Positions 13,605 to 26,875 are shown, counted from the whole stretch's first letter. The stretch: DNA of 63,589 nt, filler included, from Octopus bimaculoides (GCF_001194135.2; 5 parts of 5 records of this genome joined end to end with filler, not necessarily neighbours in it); one strand, 5' to 3'. Program-made: numbers and translations. The notes: a model not told the origin generated them from the sequence alone.

Positions 13605-14744
13605 TTATGCATGAGTATACGGACATATGTATACGTATGTACATATATGTATGACGTATATGAAAGAGTACGAATTCAATTTTCTTCCGTATATTAGCAA
13701 TGCAATTATATGTGAGGTTTATTTGATTTGGAAGTGCTCTATAAAATGTGTATTTGACTTTTGAATACCCTTGAGGGAACGGATCCAAATATATAGAATC
13801 TTTGTCTCTGACATGTCAGGAACAAGTTATTAAATAGCTGCCAAATACAGACCCTCGACGCTTCAATTTATTCTCACTTCCGATTAAATTACATTTTGAT
13901 TTTTGCATAATAGTTTCAGAGATCTAACGTCTAGCCGAACATTAATTAATATTTTCAAAGTGACTTCTATGGTGAAAATACTAAAGTTATAATCCTTCAG
14001 GACAGATAATGCATATTTGCGATGGGTATTATGATGTGCGAAATATATTTTATACTAAGAATAGAGAGAAAGAAGTGTCTGTATTCAAACTGAATTGAGT
14101 GTAATATGTTAAAGGAGACACATAAAAGATGTTAACAAAATGTATTTTGTTTTTAATTGAAACTATAAAGTAAATTTATAGAAACTTAAATATTAATGTA
14201 AGAAATAATTTGATAAACCCCATGCAAGTACTGCTGTTGGTGACGTCTGAAAATGATGATGCGCGTATGATTTGTGGCGGTGGTGCCAGTACTGATGATG
14301 ATGCTGATTATAGTGACGACGATGAAGTGGACGATGATGATAATGACGACGACGACGACGACGGTGATGACCATGATGATGATATTATCAACATGCGCAC
14401 ACATTTATATTTGAGATAGCAAATGAACGGAATGCTTGGTGTGTGTCTCCTATAAAAATGGGGAATATGCCTGGGTATATTAAAAAAAAACAATGCTGAC
14501 AAATATGCAGATGATGATCATGAAATTGTGTATTATAATTTTCCTTTATATATCATCATCATCATCACCATCATCGTCATCGTCGTCTTCTTCGTCTTCG
14601 TCGTATTCATCTTCAAATGTAAAATCTTGGAAATTATTGTAAATATTCTTTTCATATCTTCCCTGCTCGTGAATGATAGCGATAATAGCGACTAGCTTCT
14701 AAGATCTTATAACGATGATAATATTGATTGCAGAGTAAGTAATA

Positions 14745-14796
14745 TCATTATTATCATTATTATTATTATCATCATCATCATCATCATCATCATCAT

Positions 14797-14838
<42 letters not shown>

Positions 14839-14852
14839 TATTATTATTATTG
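14745..14852. repeat. Compound (ATT)n/(ATC)n microsatellite
   Basis: Direct inspection; forms the tail of the adjacent minus-strand LINE. Confidence 0.9.
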
Positions 14853-15404
14853 TTCAGTAGTTTCATTTTTATAACGTGCTTTCACTTCACTACCGAGCGC
14901 AGCTCTGTGCGCCTTGGGTATGTGCTGTGGTTTGCTGTGGTGCTTTTATGTTTACTGTATTGAAAGTGTTTTGCGTAGAATGTGTGCAGTACCCAGCAGT
15001 GCAATTTTCTGTATGTTATATATATTTGTAAGTCCTGGTGTTTTTGTTATGTATTTGTCTGAATATTTTTTTATTATACCTAAGGCACCTACTATGATAG
15101 GAATTGTTTCTGTTTTTAGATTCTACATTCGAGTTATCTCTATTTCCNNNNNNNNNNNNNNNNNNNNNNNNNNNNNNNNNNNNNNNNNNNNNNNNNNNNN
15201 NNNNNNNNNNNNNNNNNNNNNNNNNNNNNNNNNNNNNNNNNNNNNNNNNNAATTAGAAAGCATTTTTTCTCCATGATCTTTGACAACTATATCTGGTCTA
15301 TTTGCCTTAATTTCTCTATCTGTGTGTATTGGCATATCCCAGAGTATGGTTGCTTTCTCGTTTTCTGTGACCTTTTCTGGCGTGTGTTTATACCATCTTT
15401 TTTC
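14853..15404 (-). mobile_element. 5'-truncated RLE-type non-LTR retrotransposon (R4/Dong/NeSL-like), copy 1
   Basis: Minus translation LWDMPIHTDREIKANRPDIVVKD...EIEITRM..LKTETIPIIVGALG...IQKIALLGTAHILRKTL is a PD-(D/E)xK endonuclease C-terminus; contains a gap. Confidence 0.85.
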
Positions 15405-15424
15405 TGTTATTATTATTATTATTA

Positions 15425-15509
<85 letters not shown>

Positions 15510-15535
15510 CGTTGTTGTTGTTATTATTATTATTG
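15405..15535. repeat. (ATT)n microsatellite between two RLE-LINE copies
   Basis: Direct inspection. Confidence 0.95.
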
Positions 15536-16185
15536 CCTTTGCACAGCTTCTAACGACGCCGGAGATGTACTACGGTATCAGGCTATTCTCTACCAGTCAC
15601 CTAAGGTAAAAACCCCTTACTTTTCGAGCACCTTCCGGAGTATTCAAGCGGTTCTAAGCAGTGCTGTTTTCTGTAAGTGGTCCACTCTAATTGCAGCCGC
15701 TATTTGTTCCTTGTATTTCCCAAGATGTTTACTCAGTGTTCCCAGGGCTACGACAATTATTGGTATTGCTACCAACTTTTTCATCGACCACAACTCCTTA
15801 AACTCCTTAATCTTCCTTATCGCATACCTTGTTGTCAGCGAGCATGCTATGTCTATGATCCAGCGTAGTTTGCATTCTTTCTCAATTATGATTATGTCTG
15901 GCTTCCTATTCTCTATCTCATGGTCGCATTGAATCATAAAATCCCACAAGATCTTTGCATTATCATTTTCGATGATGCCTTCGGGTTATTGGTCGTACCA
16001 ATTTTTTGCTCTGTCAAGTCCATACACGGGAGTGGGCGCTGTTCTTGTAACTCTTATATCCTCGAGTCTTTTCCTGAGGTTTCTCTGTTCCTCAGTCATG
16101 TCTTCTCCTATTTCATGGCTTTCTACATTGCATTGATTGCCTGGCCTCTCCCCCAATACAACTTCACCTTGCCTACGCATTCGCT
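15536..16185 (-). mobile_element. 5'-truncated RLE-type non-LTR retrotransposon, copy 2 (different subfamily)
   Basis: ORF 15644-15949 WDFMIQCDHEIENRKPDIIII...IIDIAC...PIIVVALGT...LQKTALLRTA; decayed Zn-knuckle region upstream; AAT tail. Confidence 0.85.
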
Positions 16186-16191
16186 GATATA

Positions 16192-16192
16192 C

Positions 16193-16252
<60 letters not shown>
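16192..16252. repeat. (GATA)n microsatellite
   Basis: Direct inspection. Confidence 0.95.
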
Positions 16253-16294
16253 GTACGTGTGTGTATGCGTGTGTGTACTTATGTGTATGTGTGT

Positions 16295-16505
16295 ACTCGT
16301 GTTTGTCCTTCTGTCATCGCTTGACAACCGAAGCTGGCTTGTTTATGTCCCCGTAACTTAGCGGCTCGGCAATATAGGCCAATAGGATAAGTACTAAACT
16401 TACGAATAATAAGTCCTGGGGTCAATTCCTTCGACTATAACCATTGAAGATGGCACTCCAGCATGACTGCAGTCAAATAAATGAAACAAGTAATAGAATA
16501 AAGGA
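16295..16505 (+). mobile_element. SINE family B, 3' half
   Basis: TCGCTTGACAACCG...CCCCGTAACTTAGCGG...AAGTCCTGGGGTC...CCAGCATG matches 29395-29535. Confidence 0.8.
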
Positions 16506-17350
16506 TTAAAGTATGTATAAAAGAGTGCGAGTTAAGCGGAACACTGAGGAGCACAAGACCCGATAGTTAGTGAGAAATATTTCCATTCAGATATACCGTG
16601 ATAGTGCAATCCGACAGGAAGTTAGCGATCCGAGAGGATAATAGATAATAACAGGCCTACATGGACGAAATCTTCGTTGATGGCTAGAGTGACAACATTC
16701 TCTTGATCGCATCTTTCGAATTCATGCGTGAATTGTTCGATGAATGATAGACACAAAAGCAAGTATAGTAATGTGTCCAGTGTGATTTCTGCCCAAAAAC
16801 CAAAGAAGATTTATTGAAAATGTGCAGAACGAATGCTGAATGCTAGAATAAATAGAAATATTGCAATCTCTGTGCTCTCTGCTACATAAATATATTGAAT
16901 GTACTTTATTATATGCACGGCTTTGACAAAAGAATCATTGATATAAATCTACTACTGGTATCGTGAATATAATTGTCTGAATGATGGACTACAATAATGT
17001 ACACATGTAGCAAAGTACATGCACATGATGAAAAGAAACTCATATGCAATATAGTATACGTAATATTTACTGAATATTTATTCACATCAAAAACTCGTCA
17101 CTGCAGCCTAAATATGAAAAACTTGAAAACACGAAATCAACTAAACTGATGAAAAAACGAAAAAAAAAAAAGAAAAAACATTAGGACTAACTATTGAGTG
17201 AAATGCTAGAAAAATATATTAGATTTATTTAATATTTGTAATTCAAAGGTAAAAATCTGAATATTTTTATCTATGAGAAGTACCGTGTACTTCCGTACCA
17301 TAAATATCTCTAATATCTATTATATTTATCTATATATATAAAAATGAGAA

Positions 17351-17351
<1 letters not shown>

Positions 17352-17401
<50 letters not shown>
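17352..17401. repeat. (TGTC)n microsatellite running into a gap
   Basis: Direct inspection. Confidence 0.95.
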
Positions 17402-19202
17402 NNNNNNNNNNNNNNNNNNNNNNNNNNNNNNNNNNNNNNNNNNNNNNNNNNNNNNNNNNNNNNNNNNNNNNNNNNNNNNNNNNNNNNNNNNNNNNNNNNN
17501 NNNNNNNNNNNNNNNNNNNNNNNNNNNNNNNNNNNNNNNNNNNNNNNNNNNNNNNNNNNNNNNNNNNNNNNNNNNNNNNNNNNNNNNNNNNNNNNNNNNN
17601 NNNNNNNNNNNNNNNNNNNNNNNNNNNNNNNNNNNNNNNNNNNNNNNNNNNNNNNNNNNNNNNNNNNNNNNNNNNNNNNNNNNNNNNNNNNNNNNNNNNN
17701 NNNNNNNNNNNNNNNNNNNNNNNNNNNNNNNNNNNNNNNNNNNNNNNNNNNNNNNNNNNNNNNNNNNNNNNNNNNNNNNNNNNNNNNNNNNNNNNNNNNN
17801 NNNNNNNNNNNNNNNNNNNNNNNNNNNNNNNNNNNNNNNNNNNNNNNNNNNNNNNNNNNNNNNNNNNNNNNNNNNNNNNNNNNNNNNNNNNNNNNNNNNN
17901 NNNNNNNNNNNNNNNNNNNNNNNNNNNNNNNNNNNNNNNNNNNNNNNNNNNNNNNNNNNNNNNNNNNNNNNNNNNNNNNNNNNNNNNNNNNNNNNNNNNN
18001 NNNNNNNNNNNNNNNNNNNNNNNNNNNNNNNNNNNNNNNNNNNNNNNNNNNNNNNNNNNNNNNNNNNNNNNNNNNNNNNNNNNNNNNNNNNNNNNNNNNN
18101 NNNNNNNNNNNNNNNNNNNNNNNNNNNNNNNNNNNNNNNNNNNNNNNNNNNNNNNNNNNNNNNNNNNNNNNNNNNNNNCACAACAGATTTAACTGAGGCA
18201 GCATTCATCCAAACTTTCAAGATCCAACCTCAGATTTATCATCGCATTGTCTCTCTACTACCTCTGTCAAATGAATCACCAAAATTGGCCTTTCATTATT
18301 TATAATCTGTACCTGTCTGTTTGGTTATGAAATAAAATACACAAAACGTGTTTCTGAATTACGTGTATTTACTTTATATACATATGAGTTCAAAACTTTC
18401 TTCTAGCATTCCACTTAATGTCTATGTTCCATGCTGGCATGGATTGGAGAGTTATTAATGTAGAAATATGGTATCGTAGCTACTAACAGTTGAGGGTTGC
18501 GTAGTCTAGACGGCGTTTTTAGATTTCATTATTCTCTTTAATCCGCACAACGCCGTGTAATTCTGCTAGTTATATATATAAATAATATTAAGACAGTGTG
18601 AAAAATATAGGAGCTTGACGTTTAGATTACTACTGCAGTTTTTATCATGCTAATGAACATTCTCTCAACAATTACATGTAAAAGTATTTTTTCGTAGTGC
18701 CCACCCCCAATCTTCGTATGTTTCAACGTATTGAATTATTTGGGTAAGAATTCCACGGCAGAGATATGGTGAAATATATTTCAGTCTGATAAGATGACAA
18801 GTTAAATATTAGGTTAGACTTACACTAATTCCTGAATAAAGAGATCTGCATCAGAAGTTTCGATTCTATAAATCGAGAAATAAATCAACGTTAAAGCTTC
18901 GTCTCTTCATTAATGTATTATATGAGGTTATCTGATTGCATTATAGAAATCTTTGATCGGAAATTCACGTCAAATATTTACTATACGTAAGACGGATCAT
19001 AAAGTTCATTAATGAAGGTAAAATCACATCTTGCACACGAAATCACACAGCAAATATCAAACACAAACTACCTCACACATGACCACACAAAGAATACTGA
19101 CATGCACACATACATACTTGTGTATATATGTGTGTGAGCGCGCGAGCATGAGTGCTTGTATGTATGTGTGTATAATATAAGATATGCATATAGACATATA
19201 TA

Positions 19203-19259
<57 letters not shown>

Positions 19260-19616
19260 ATATATATAGATTATATATGTGTATGCATATAGATTATATA
19301 TATATATATATATATATATANNNNNNNNNNNNNNNNNNNNNNNNNNNNNNNNNNNNNNNNNNNNNNNNNNNNNNNNNNNNNNNNNNNNNNNNNNNNNNNN
19401 NNNNNNNNNNNNNNNNNNNNNNNNNNNNNNNNNNNNNNNNNNNNNNNNNNNNNNNNNNNNNNNNNNNNNNNNNNNNNNNNNNNNNNNNNNNNNNNNNNNN
19501 NNNNNNNNNNNNNNNNNNNNNNNNNNNNNNNNNNNNNNNNNNNNNNNNNNNNNNNNNNNNNNNNNNNNNNNNNNNNNNNNNNNNNNNNNNNNNNNNNNNN
19601 NNNNNNNNNNNNNNNN

Positions 19617-19648
<32 letters not shown>

Positions 19649-20425
19649 CATATGCATATATATCTATATGTTTCTGATCGAGAGAAGAAAATGCAGAGAG
19701 AAGCAGGTATAAAATTGATTTATCTAACGTGTTCGTGATAATGACTTGATGTTCTTATATATTAGGAGCTCTTCACATCAATAATATGATAGCCAATTTT
19801 GACATTTAAAGGAAAATTTTGTGTGATAAATGAAGATCATACGATATTTTTTCATAAGAAATCGAACAGAAAAGACCAATAAAACGCTTGACTTAACTAA
19901 ATGACTATTCCAAATACATGAAAAGCAAACGAATATCATCACATTGAGAATTATGACTAATAGTCGCAATTAAAAAAATGTATATTATGCAGAGATACTT
20001 CATTAAATGCTCGTAATTTGCAAAATGAAATTTTTGCCTCCATACGAATGTTAGATCAGCAGCTACAATTACAGTTAAAGTGTCACATATCAGCTATGTA
20101 GCATCTACGATGCCACAGCAGCAGTCATTAAGCAGTATGACAGTTGCAATGTTTCCCCAGTTTTCTCAAGATCAGTCGTATCATTCAATCACATTATGTC
20201 AATTATCTAATGGAAATTCCTGTGTTGAGCGAAAACGGACACACATATTCGAATTGTTCTTCGGCCCTTCAATAATGCTGAAGTGGCGGTTTATTAGATT
20301 GGGTATAGATTCAAATACTATAATTTGCTGTTTGCGTTTTGATGCTCTTCTTTTGGAGTTCAAATCTCACCGAAAGCATTTAAATATAATATAATTTAAA
20401 TATATTTAAGTACTCATGTAGATTG

Positions 20426-20474
<49 letters not shown>

Positions 20475-21087
20475 ATCTATGCTGCTCGCTCTGTTTTTTC
20501 ATTAGACAATATTTTACCCTATTCTGTAAATCATTAGATACCAAATTTCTCTTGATAAGAATGATATAGTGTTTAATAATACTGTTAATAGTGCTATGAA
20601 TGATGAAATGGCTTGAATAATCACTTGTTCTCATCTCCTTGGATATTGCATAATTATCAGTACTGAGGTAAAATAAACGAAAACAACTCTAAATCTTGAT
20701 AAATGGAGTCTTGTGACAAGAAACTAGTCAATGAAGTTGCCCCTTAATGACAATCATATCCCAACTGCTCTATGCAGTCTGAAGAGACGATGCTATTCAC
20801 AAAGCCTGAAAGATAAAATTATGTTTCATTTTTATAAAGTGAAATGTAAGAGAATAAAGTTTGGGAACGAGATATATAACTCTACACCCATGTGTTAGCT
20901 AGTTTACGGCATCTAAATTCATTGGTCACATAAATATATCACTGATGTTCTTGAAATTCAATGTGAAATCTACACTGGCAGTGAAACTTTAAAAATTATT
21001 TCCCCATTAACATTGATGCAGAATTGATATCTGTAGGAGATAAATATAGTCCCAGTTTTTATTGAAGCCAAAAAAAATTCGTAACTT

Positions 21088-21173
21088 AATTAAGCGACGT
21101 CGAATGATCGATAACTCATATATATACATATATATATATATATGAGTTATCGATCATTCGACGTCGCTTAATT
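21088..21173. repeat. Perfect inverted repeat (about 39-bp arms) centred on an (AT)n tract
   Basis: AATTAAGCGACGTCGAATGATCGATAACTCATATATATA recurs as its exact reverse complement ending at 21173. Confidence 0.95.
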
Positions 21174-22200
21174 TTCTGTCTTCCGTCGGTGCAGCGTTTT
21201 CAATGTGCTTTAAGAATCTGAGAGAGGTGTATTTCTTTCACGTGTTTGATACAATCTGCAGTGTATCGTGCCAGTTTATTGACACACCTTACTTACAAAA
21301 TATGAGGCATGAACATCATGTACGAATGAATGATCAGAAAATCACAAACTATATGCCGAATGACGATCTTTAGAAGACGCTATCAGCAGAAAACAAATCA
21401 ACTGGTGAACGAAAATATGAATTCTCATATATGATTCAGTAAGAAATAATATAAGAGAATAGTTTGCTCACCTCAGATGAAGAAATCGTATACAATATGA
21501 TACGGGCATTGTTCTTTTAATGTGTGCTTTTCCCCATATACAAAAACTAACGCTTCAAATGTATATAACATGGGATCTGGATACACTAACTTTGACCAGC
21601 AATATTTGCAGTCTCATTTGCCATTCCAAAATCTGAACTCGCAGTTAATCAACAAAGCCGTAAGTTATTACAAATACGCAACTGCATGCTCATAACAACA
21701 GCATGTGTAATGTGTAATACGCATCATATGTAGAGTGATGCAAATCAAACGGTTACTTACAAATGCAGTGCTATACAACACAACATACTTCTATACGATG
21801 TTGTCCCAAAGATATCGATTTTGTTTGGGATTCTAAAGGACATATATGTGAGTCAATGTTTAAGTAAATAGTAGCACGATTGATCATTTGTCCGTTAGTG
21901 TTCTCCTTCAATACCCGTATGTAACCAGCATATATATGTATAAAGTTAATGAAGTCGATATCATTGTGTATTAGTAAGTGTTGCAACTAACGTGCAATAT
22001 GGGTATGTGTAAACTGACATATATATATAGATAATAGAACAACAGGTACTACTGTCCAAATACAATCACTCGTGGACAATATTTTATAGGTAAGAATAAA
22101 ATGCTCAGAAAGTGAATAGTTTTCTCTCTAAATCTATATAATGGGAAATCGCTAGTGAATTCATTCATATGCATGACGATATCATTATGTGTATATCATG

Positions 22201-22427
22201 TTTCCTTATTGCCCACAAGCGGCTAAACACAGAGGGGACAAGCAAGGACAAAAAAGATTAAGTCGATTACATCGACCCCAGTGCGTAACCGGTATTTATC
22301 TAATCGACCCCAAAGGGATGAAAGGCAAAGTCGACTTCGGCGGAATTTGAACTCAGAACGTAACGGCAGACGAAATACAGCTAAGCATTTCGCCCGACGT
22401 GCTAATGTTTCTACCAGCTCGCCGCCT
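22201..22427 (-). mobile_element. SINE family A, near full length
   Basis: Head GGCGGCGAGCTGGTAGAAAC, B box GAGTTCAAATTCC, core GCCTTT..CCCTTTGGGGTCGAT, tail CTTGTGGGCAATAAGGAAA. Confidence 0.9.
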
Positions 22428-22699
22428 TGTGTGTATATCTGTGTGGGTGTGTGTGTGTGTGTGTGTATGCTCATATATGCATACGCACTTATACTCATAG
22501 TTATATATATGAAGATGTGCTTTAATAAGCGTATGGGATTGTTGGATTTGCATTTGCGTGTTTGTGCTTATATACGTCAAATAGTGTACAAACACATACA
22601 TATATAATATATACGTGAATGTATTTATATTGGCATGTATATCCATACATGCATACATACATGCATACACACGTAAATACATACAAGCAATATCACATA

Positions 22700-22920
22700 A
22701 CACACCACTTCTGTTGCACTTCGGCGAATCTCGTATATTGCATCATATGCAAACTCTGCAGTGCTCTTTACATTGGAGAAACAGGGCGACGCTTTGGGGA
22801 TCTCTTTCGCGAACACATCAAAAGCATAATGCTACGTACGCCAGGCCAACTTGTTACCACCCATTTCAACACTGCGAATCATTCTATTGCAGATTTATCA
22901 GTGTGTGGTCTTGCACCCCG
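22700..22920 (+). pseudogene. Penelope-like element GIY-YIG endonuclease fragment
   Basis: Within ORF 22619-22975: CTSANLVYCIICKLCSALYIGETGRRFGDLFREH...LVTTHFN, with VY..C..C...YIGET and REH motifs. Confidence 0.85.
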
Positions 22921-23062
22921 GACCCCATATCTGTGTGTGTGTGCATGTGTATATATGTTTTATATGCATATTTAAATATATGCCGATGTTGACGTATGGG
23001 TATGAAAAGATTCAGTTTTATTTCCGCTACCAACTAAACTTTATTTTCCTTGACATATTGAC

Positions 23063-23580
23063 ATATTAGCACCTCGGAATGAAAGCGTTGATAACGTAAT
23101 CCATGAACTCCTCCACATTCCATCTGGAGATGCTTCAACGTTTGTCTCTATTGATACTACCATCGACAAACATGCCACTGTTGCGTATCCAGCTGAAATT
23201 CTCAAATCTCTACAACTCGCATTAGATGTTCCTAAAGAAAGGTGCACCTATCATGGTCTTGAGGAAATTCGACCCACCAGGACTATACAATGGTGCAAAA
23301 TTGACTGTATCTACAATGAAAAGTCATGTCCTACAAGCAACCATTATTGCCGACTGTCATCAAAGAGAGATCACACTTATTCCATCAAATGTGTCATTTC
23401 AGTTCAAGTGCCTCCACTTCCCAGTACCTCTGTGCTTCGCTATGACAATGAACAAAGCCCATGGTCGAACTTTAAAATTGTGGGTCTCAATTTACAAATA
23501 CCCTGCTTTTCTCATGGACAACTATATACTGCATGCTCTCGAGTTAGCAGTGCATGACCCAAAAGCATTGTCGGGTTCAC
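23063..23580 (+). pseudogene. Helitron PIF1-like helicase C-terminal fragment (frameshifted)
   Basis: ILAPRNESVD...YPAEILKSL; LKKGAPIMVLRKFDPPGLYNG; FPVPLCFAMTMNKAHG; HGQLYTACSRV in a shifted frame. Confidence 0.9.
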
Positions 23581-23939
23581 TAAACATATATTAAAGGGTG
23601 CACTCTGCCCAAATATTAGAGATGATGTTTTTCACAATAAAGCAGCTTTCTTTCCACGTACCTTACTTTCTGCTATACGGATAACTCTACGTCCTCATAC
23701 GTCATTCAGTTCTTTGAATACGTAAGACTAGGATATTTTGGGAGCAATGTTAGGATTTCATTCTAACCTAAACTGCCATTCTACATGTTTTGGTGTCAAC
23801 AATTTCAGCATTATTCCTTTCAAAATGACCGACAAACATGTTTCTAAACAAGAATTGTTTGCTACACTCTCCTCGTGTGCAGATTCTGCCCATAAGAAAG
23901 AAACAAATAAAACAATGTAGATGTAGGTCATAACAACGG

Positions 23940-23997
<58 letters not shown>

Positions 23998-24493
23998 TAT
24001 ATATATATATATATATGCATATTTAAAGAGCCTGTGTGTGAGTGTCCGGGAGTATGCATAATCATGTATACATGCATACATATACATACAGACATACATT
24101 ACATATATACATGTATATGCACATACACACAATCAGGTTTAGGCGCGTTTGTGTATCTGTGTACTTGTGTGTGTGCGTGTCTGTGTGTGTGTGCGTGTCT
24201 GTGTGTGTGTGCGTGTCTGTGTGTGCGTGTCTAGAATTCCTTTATTTACAATAGTTTACATTCATTAATGCATTTGACACATTGAAAATACTTTTAAACG
24301 ATGGAGGTTGGCATATTTTTGAACAGAGTTTCCCACAGGGGATTAAAGTATTTTTCAAACAGTATAAACGTTATTACCTTTCGCCCAACACTATCCCTAC
24401 ACCGTTTTCTTTACTAACGATACACTAGTCAACAGGTACAGGAAGCTGTCAGAAAATAATTTTCAGAAGTTATTAACCAGAGAGGGAATAGAG

Positions 24494-24735
24494 TGTCATA
24501 GTCCGGAAGAGGCAATGAAAAAAAAATCAACAATAATTATGCTAATAGTGATGGATGTTGTTCCTGACCCGAATTAGGTTAGACAGGATGTTATGAGTTT
24601 CGGAAGATTCATGATTCGTTGGACCAATCAGAGTACTGCAGAAATTCGAAGAAAAAACTGTAACCGAAAGCAAATGTGTTTTTTTGTTCTCTCTGTAACT
24701 AATACTTCCGTACATATAAGTATATAAATATAACA
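24494..24735 (+). mobile_element. Possible solo LTR
   Basis: TGTCATAG...ATATAACA ends, 242 bp, internal CCAAT; no TSD found. Confidence 0.4.
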
Positions 24736-24757
24736 GTGCGTAAATATGAAATGATTG

Positions 24758-24799
<42 letters not shown>

Positions 24800-25316
24800 T
24801 GTGTGTGTGATAGTGCGTATAGATAGTGTCTAAATATGTGATTATATATATTGCATACAATTTTAAGCTTACCAGTGTTATTAAATTTGTATATTAGTTT
24901 TTCCTACGAAAGCATGCAGCACTACACTTGCACTCCAAAGTTAGACTTACCAGTAATTAGCTGCACTCAGACGACCTTCGCCCCCGTGTGACGCAATTTG
25001 GCTACGCTCCAATCCCAAGCGTCAGTTAAAATACATGAATTAACGTGTAGTTGAGTTTGATTTGTTGGCGTTTAATGGTATACATTCAGATAAGAAATTC
25101 TAGAATATGGGGCTCATAGCTCCCCAATGCTTCATATGTCAATGCTCTTTCAACAAACAACGTGTAATTGAAGTTGTTGGTTTTCACTTTTATTAGGATA
25201 TTACCACCAAGATAGAATAATAAACTAGAAGGGATACTCCTGCTAGAATTGCAGCGCAAAGAACTGTTTACTGTTATATAGCACCCCGTTGAGATACGAC
25301 TATGCCATATGCTTTA

Positions 25317-25548
25317 CAATAATGGCCAAAAGTTTGAAACATAGGTGTGAAAATTAGGAATTTTATAGTAAATGCCCGATGTTATATTTAATTTACAATA
25401 TATTATTACTTGACCAAAAGTTTGGAACATAGCTCTCAAAAATAAGAATTTTTTTATATTAAATGCCCAAAGTTATATTTGAATAGAATTATACTTGAGT
25501 ATAGCAATTTTAATTTTAAAAAATGTTCCACACTTTTGGTGACAACTG
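25317..25548. mobile_element. Tc1-like MITE with an internal duplication
   Basis: TA-flanked TIRs CAATAATGGCCAAAAGTTTGAAACAT / CAGTTGTCACCAAAAGTGTGGAACAT; the left-end segment of about 65 bp is repeated inside. Confidence 0.7.
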
Positions 25549-25989
25549 TATTATTGGTAGCGACCGTGTATATTTAAGTCCACAAACACATGCTTTCCCG
25601 AATGCATGTAACTATCTAAGGAATGTCCCAGTACTATTCGCAGGGGACGCGTACTGCTGCAGCTAATGTTATAGATTACTTCTCCAGCAATGATGGGGTG
25701 ATTACGTAGTATCCAGAAAATAAATAGTCTTTGATGATATTCGACGACATGAACTGAGATGACGGCAAAGATACACTTACGTTATTCAGGCCATTATGGT
25801 GAAAATAGCCACTATCTAAAAAATCGTCAGCAACTGGATCTCGTACTTTTCCAGTGATCTCAGGTTGATTATGACAGATATTAGTGCATCTATTACATAC
25901 ATTAGTGCACTAATTTTAGATGTAACAAAGTGCCCAAGCCAAGGAAACCAAACTCACACCAAAATAGCTCATCTCCAAATCGAGGAAAC

Positions 25990-26875
25990 CGTAGAACAAT
26001 TACAGGACAAAGTTGTTAAATAGCATTGCTATTCATCTAAATCGGAAATGGTGGATTACACCATTTTTATCAAGCGCAATCCAGTTAAAGCTGAGAAATA
26101 CTTGCTTTCTACAAAGATCAAAATCAACTATGGCTGCTGATGGCAGTGTTAAAGAAATACATTGGATGATTGTTAACGGTTACTTGATCAACTTGCGGAA
26201 TTCTATCCAACAGATCTCACATACAGACAGTAGAGGTAGACTTGCAAAAAAAAGAATACAAGCGTCGCCATGATAATGTGTGTTTATCTTCATTGGCTCT
26301 TATGCCGTAAATACCAATATGAAGTAACAGAGAACTGGTATGAGCATGAACCGAGTAGAGTTATGGAGTAGGATGGAAAACCAACGATAGTCTGGGAGTA
26401 TGATTTTCAGACGGATCATCTAATCGAACACCGTCGGCCGGATACTATCATATAATGCAGAGAACAAAATACTTGTAGACCAATAAATGCAAGTAAGCGC
26501 ACGGATAAAGACATATCTGTAAAGAAATTCGACAAATAGAATAAGTATAAGGATATGGAAATTGAAATACGAATGATGCGGCATTTAAAAGCGAGAACTG
26601 TTTCTGTTTTTGTGAATGCCCTAGGTATGAATAGAAAGAGATGTGAGAAACATCGAGATAATATCCCATGAGAACCATGTCTCAGAGGAGTCCAAAAGAT
26701 TGCACTAACGAGTACAGCCCACATCCTTATAAAACCGTATCAATTGCCCTTGCCACTTCTCCTCCCCAAGCTTTCGGTCATACTGTAGCATCTCTTATCC
26801 TTCTCTCGCCCTAGGACACTGGGTGTGTCTCAACGAGTGATTGTAACAAACAGGCAGATTAAAAGTAAACAACAG
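25990..26875 (+). mobile_element. Decayed RLE-type non-LTR retrotransposon, copy 3
   Basis: KEYKRRHDNV, IEHRRPDTII, KYKDMEIEIRMM and VQKIALTSTAHIL in shifting frames; followed by (AAC)n(AAT)n. Confidence 0.8.

Noticed and set aside
14210-14419. Acidic poly-Asp ORF as an exon
   Set aside because: It is a degenerate GAT/GAC repeat with no recognisable domain or supported splice sites.
21290-21640. Minus-strand donor-like sites (GTAAGT near 21291, GTGAGC near 21470) as exons
   Set aside because: Translations match nothing recognisable and one ends in a stop; such motifs are expected by chance.
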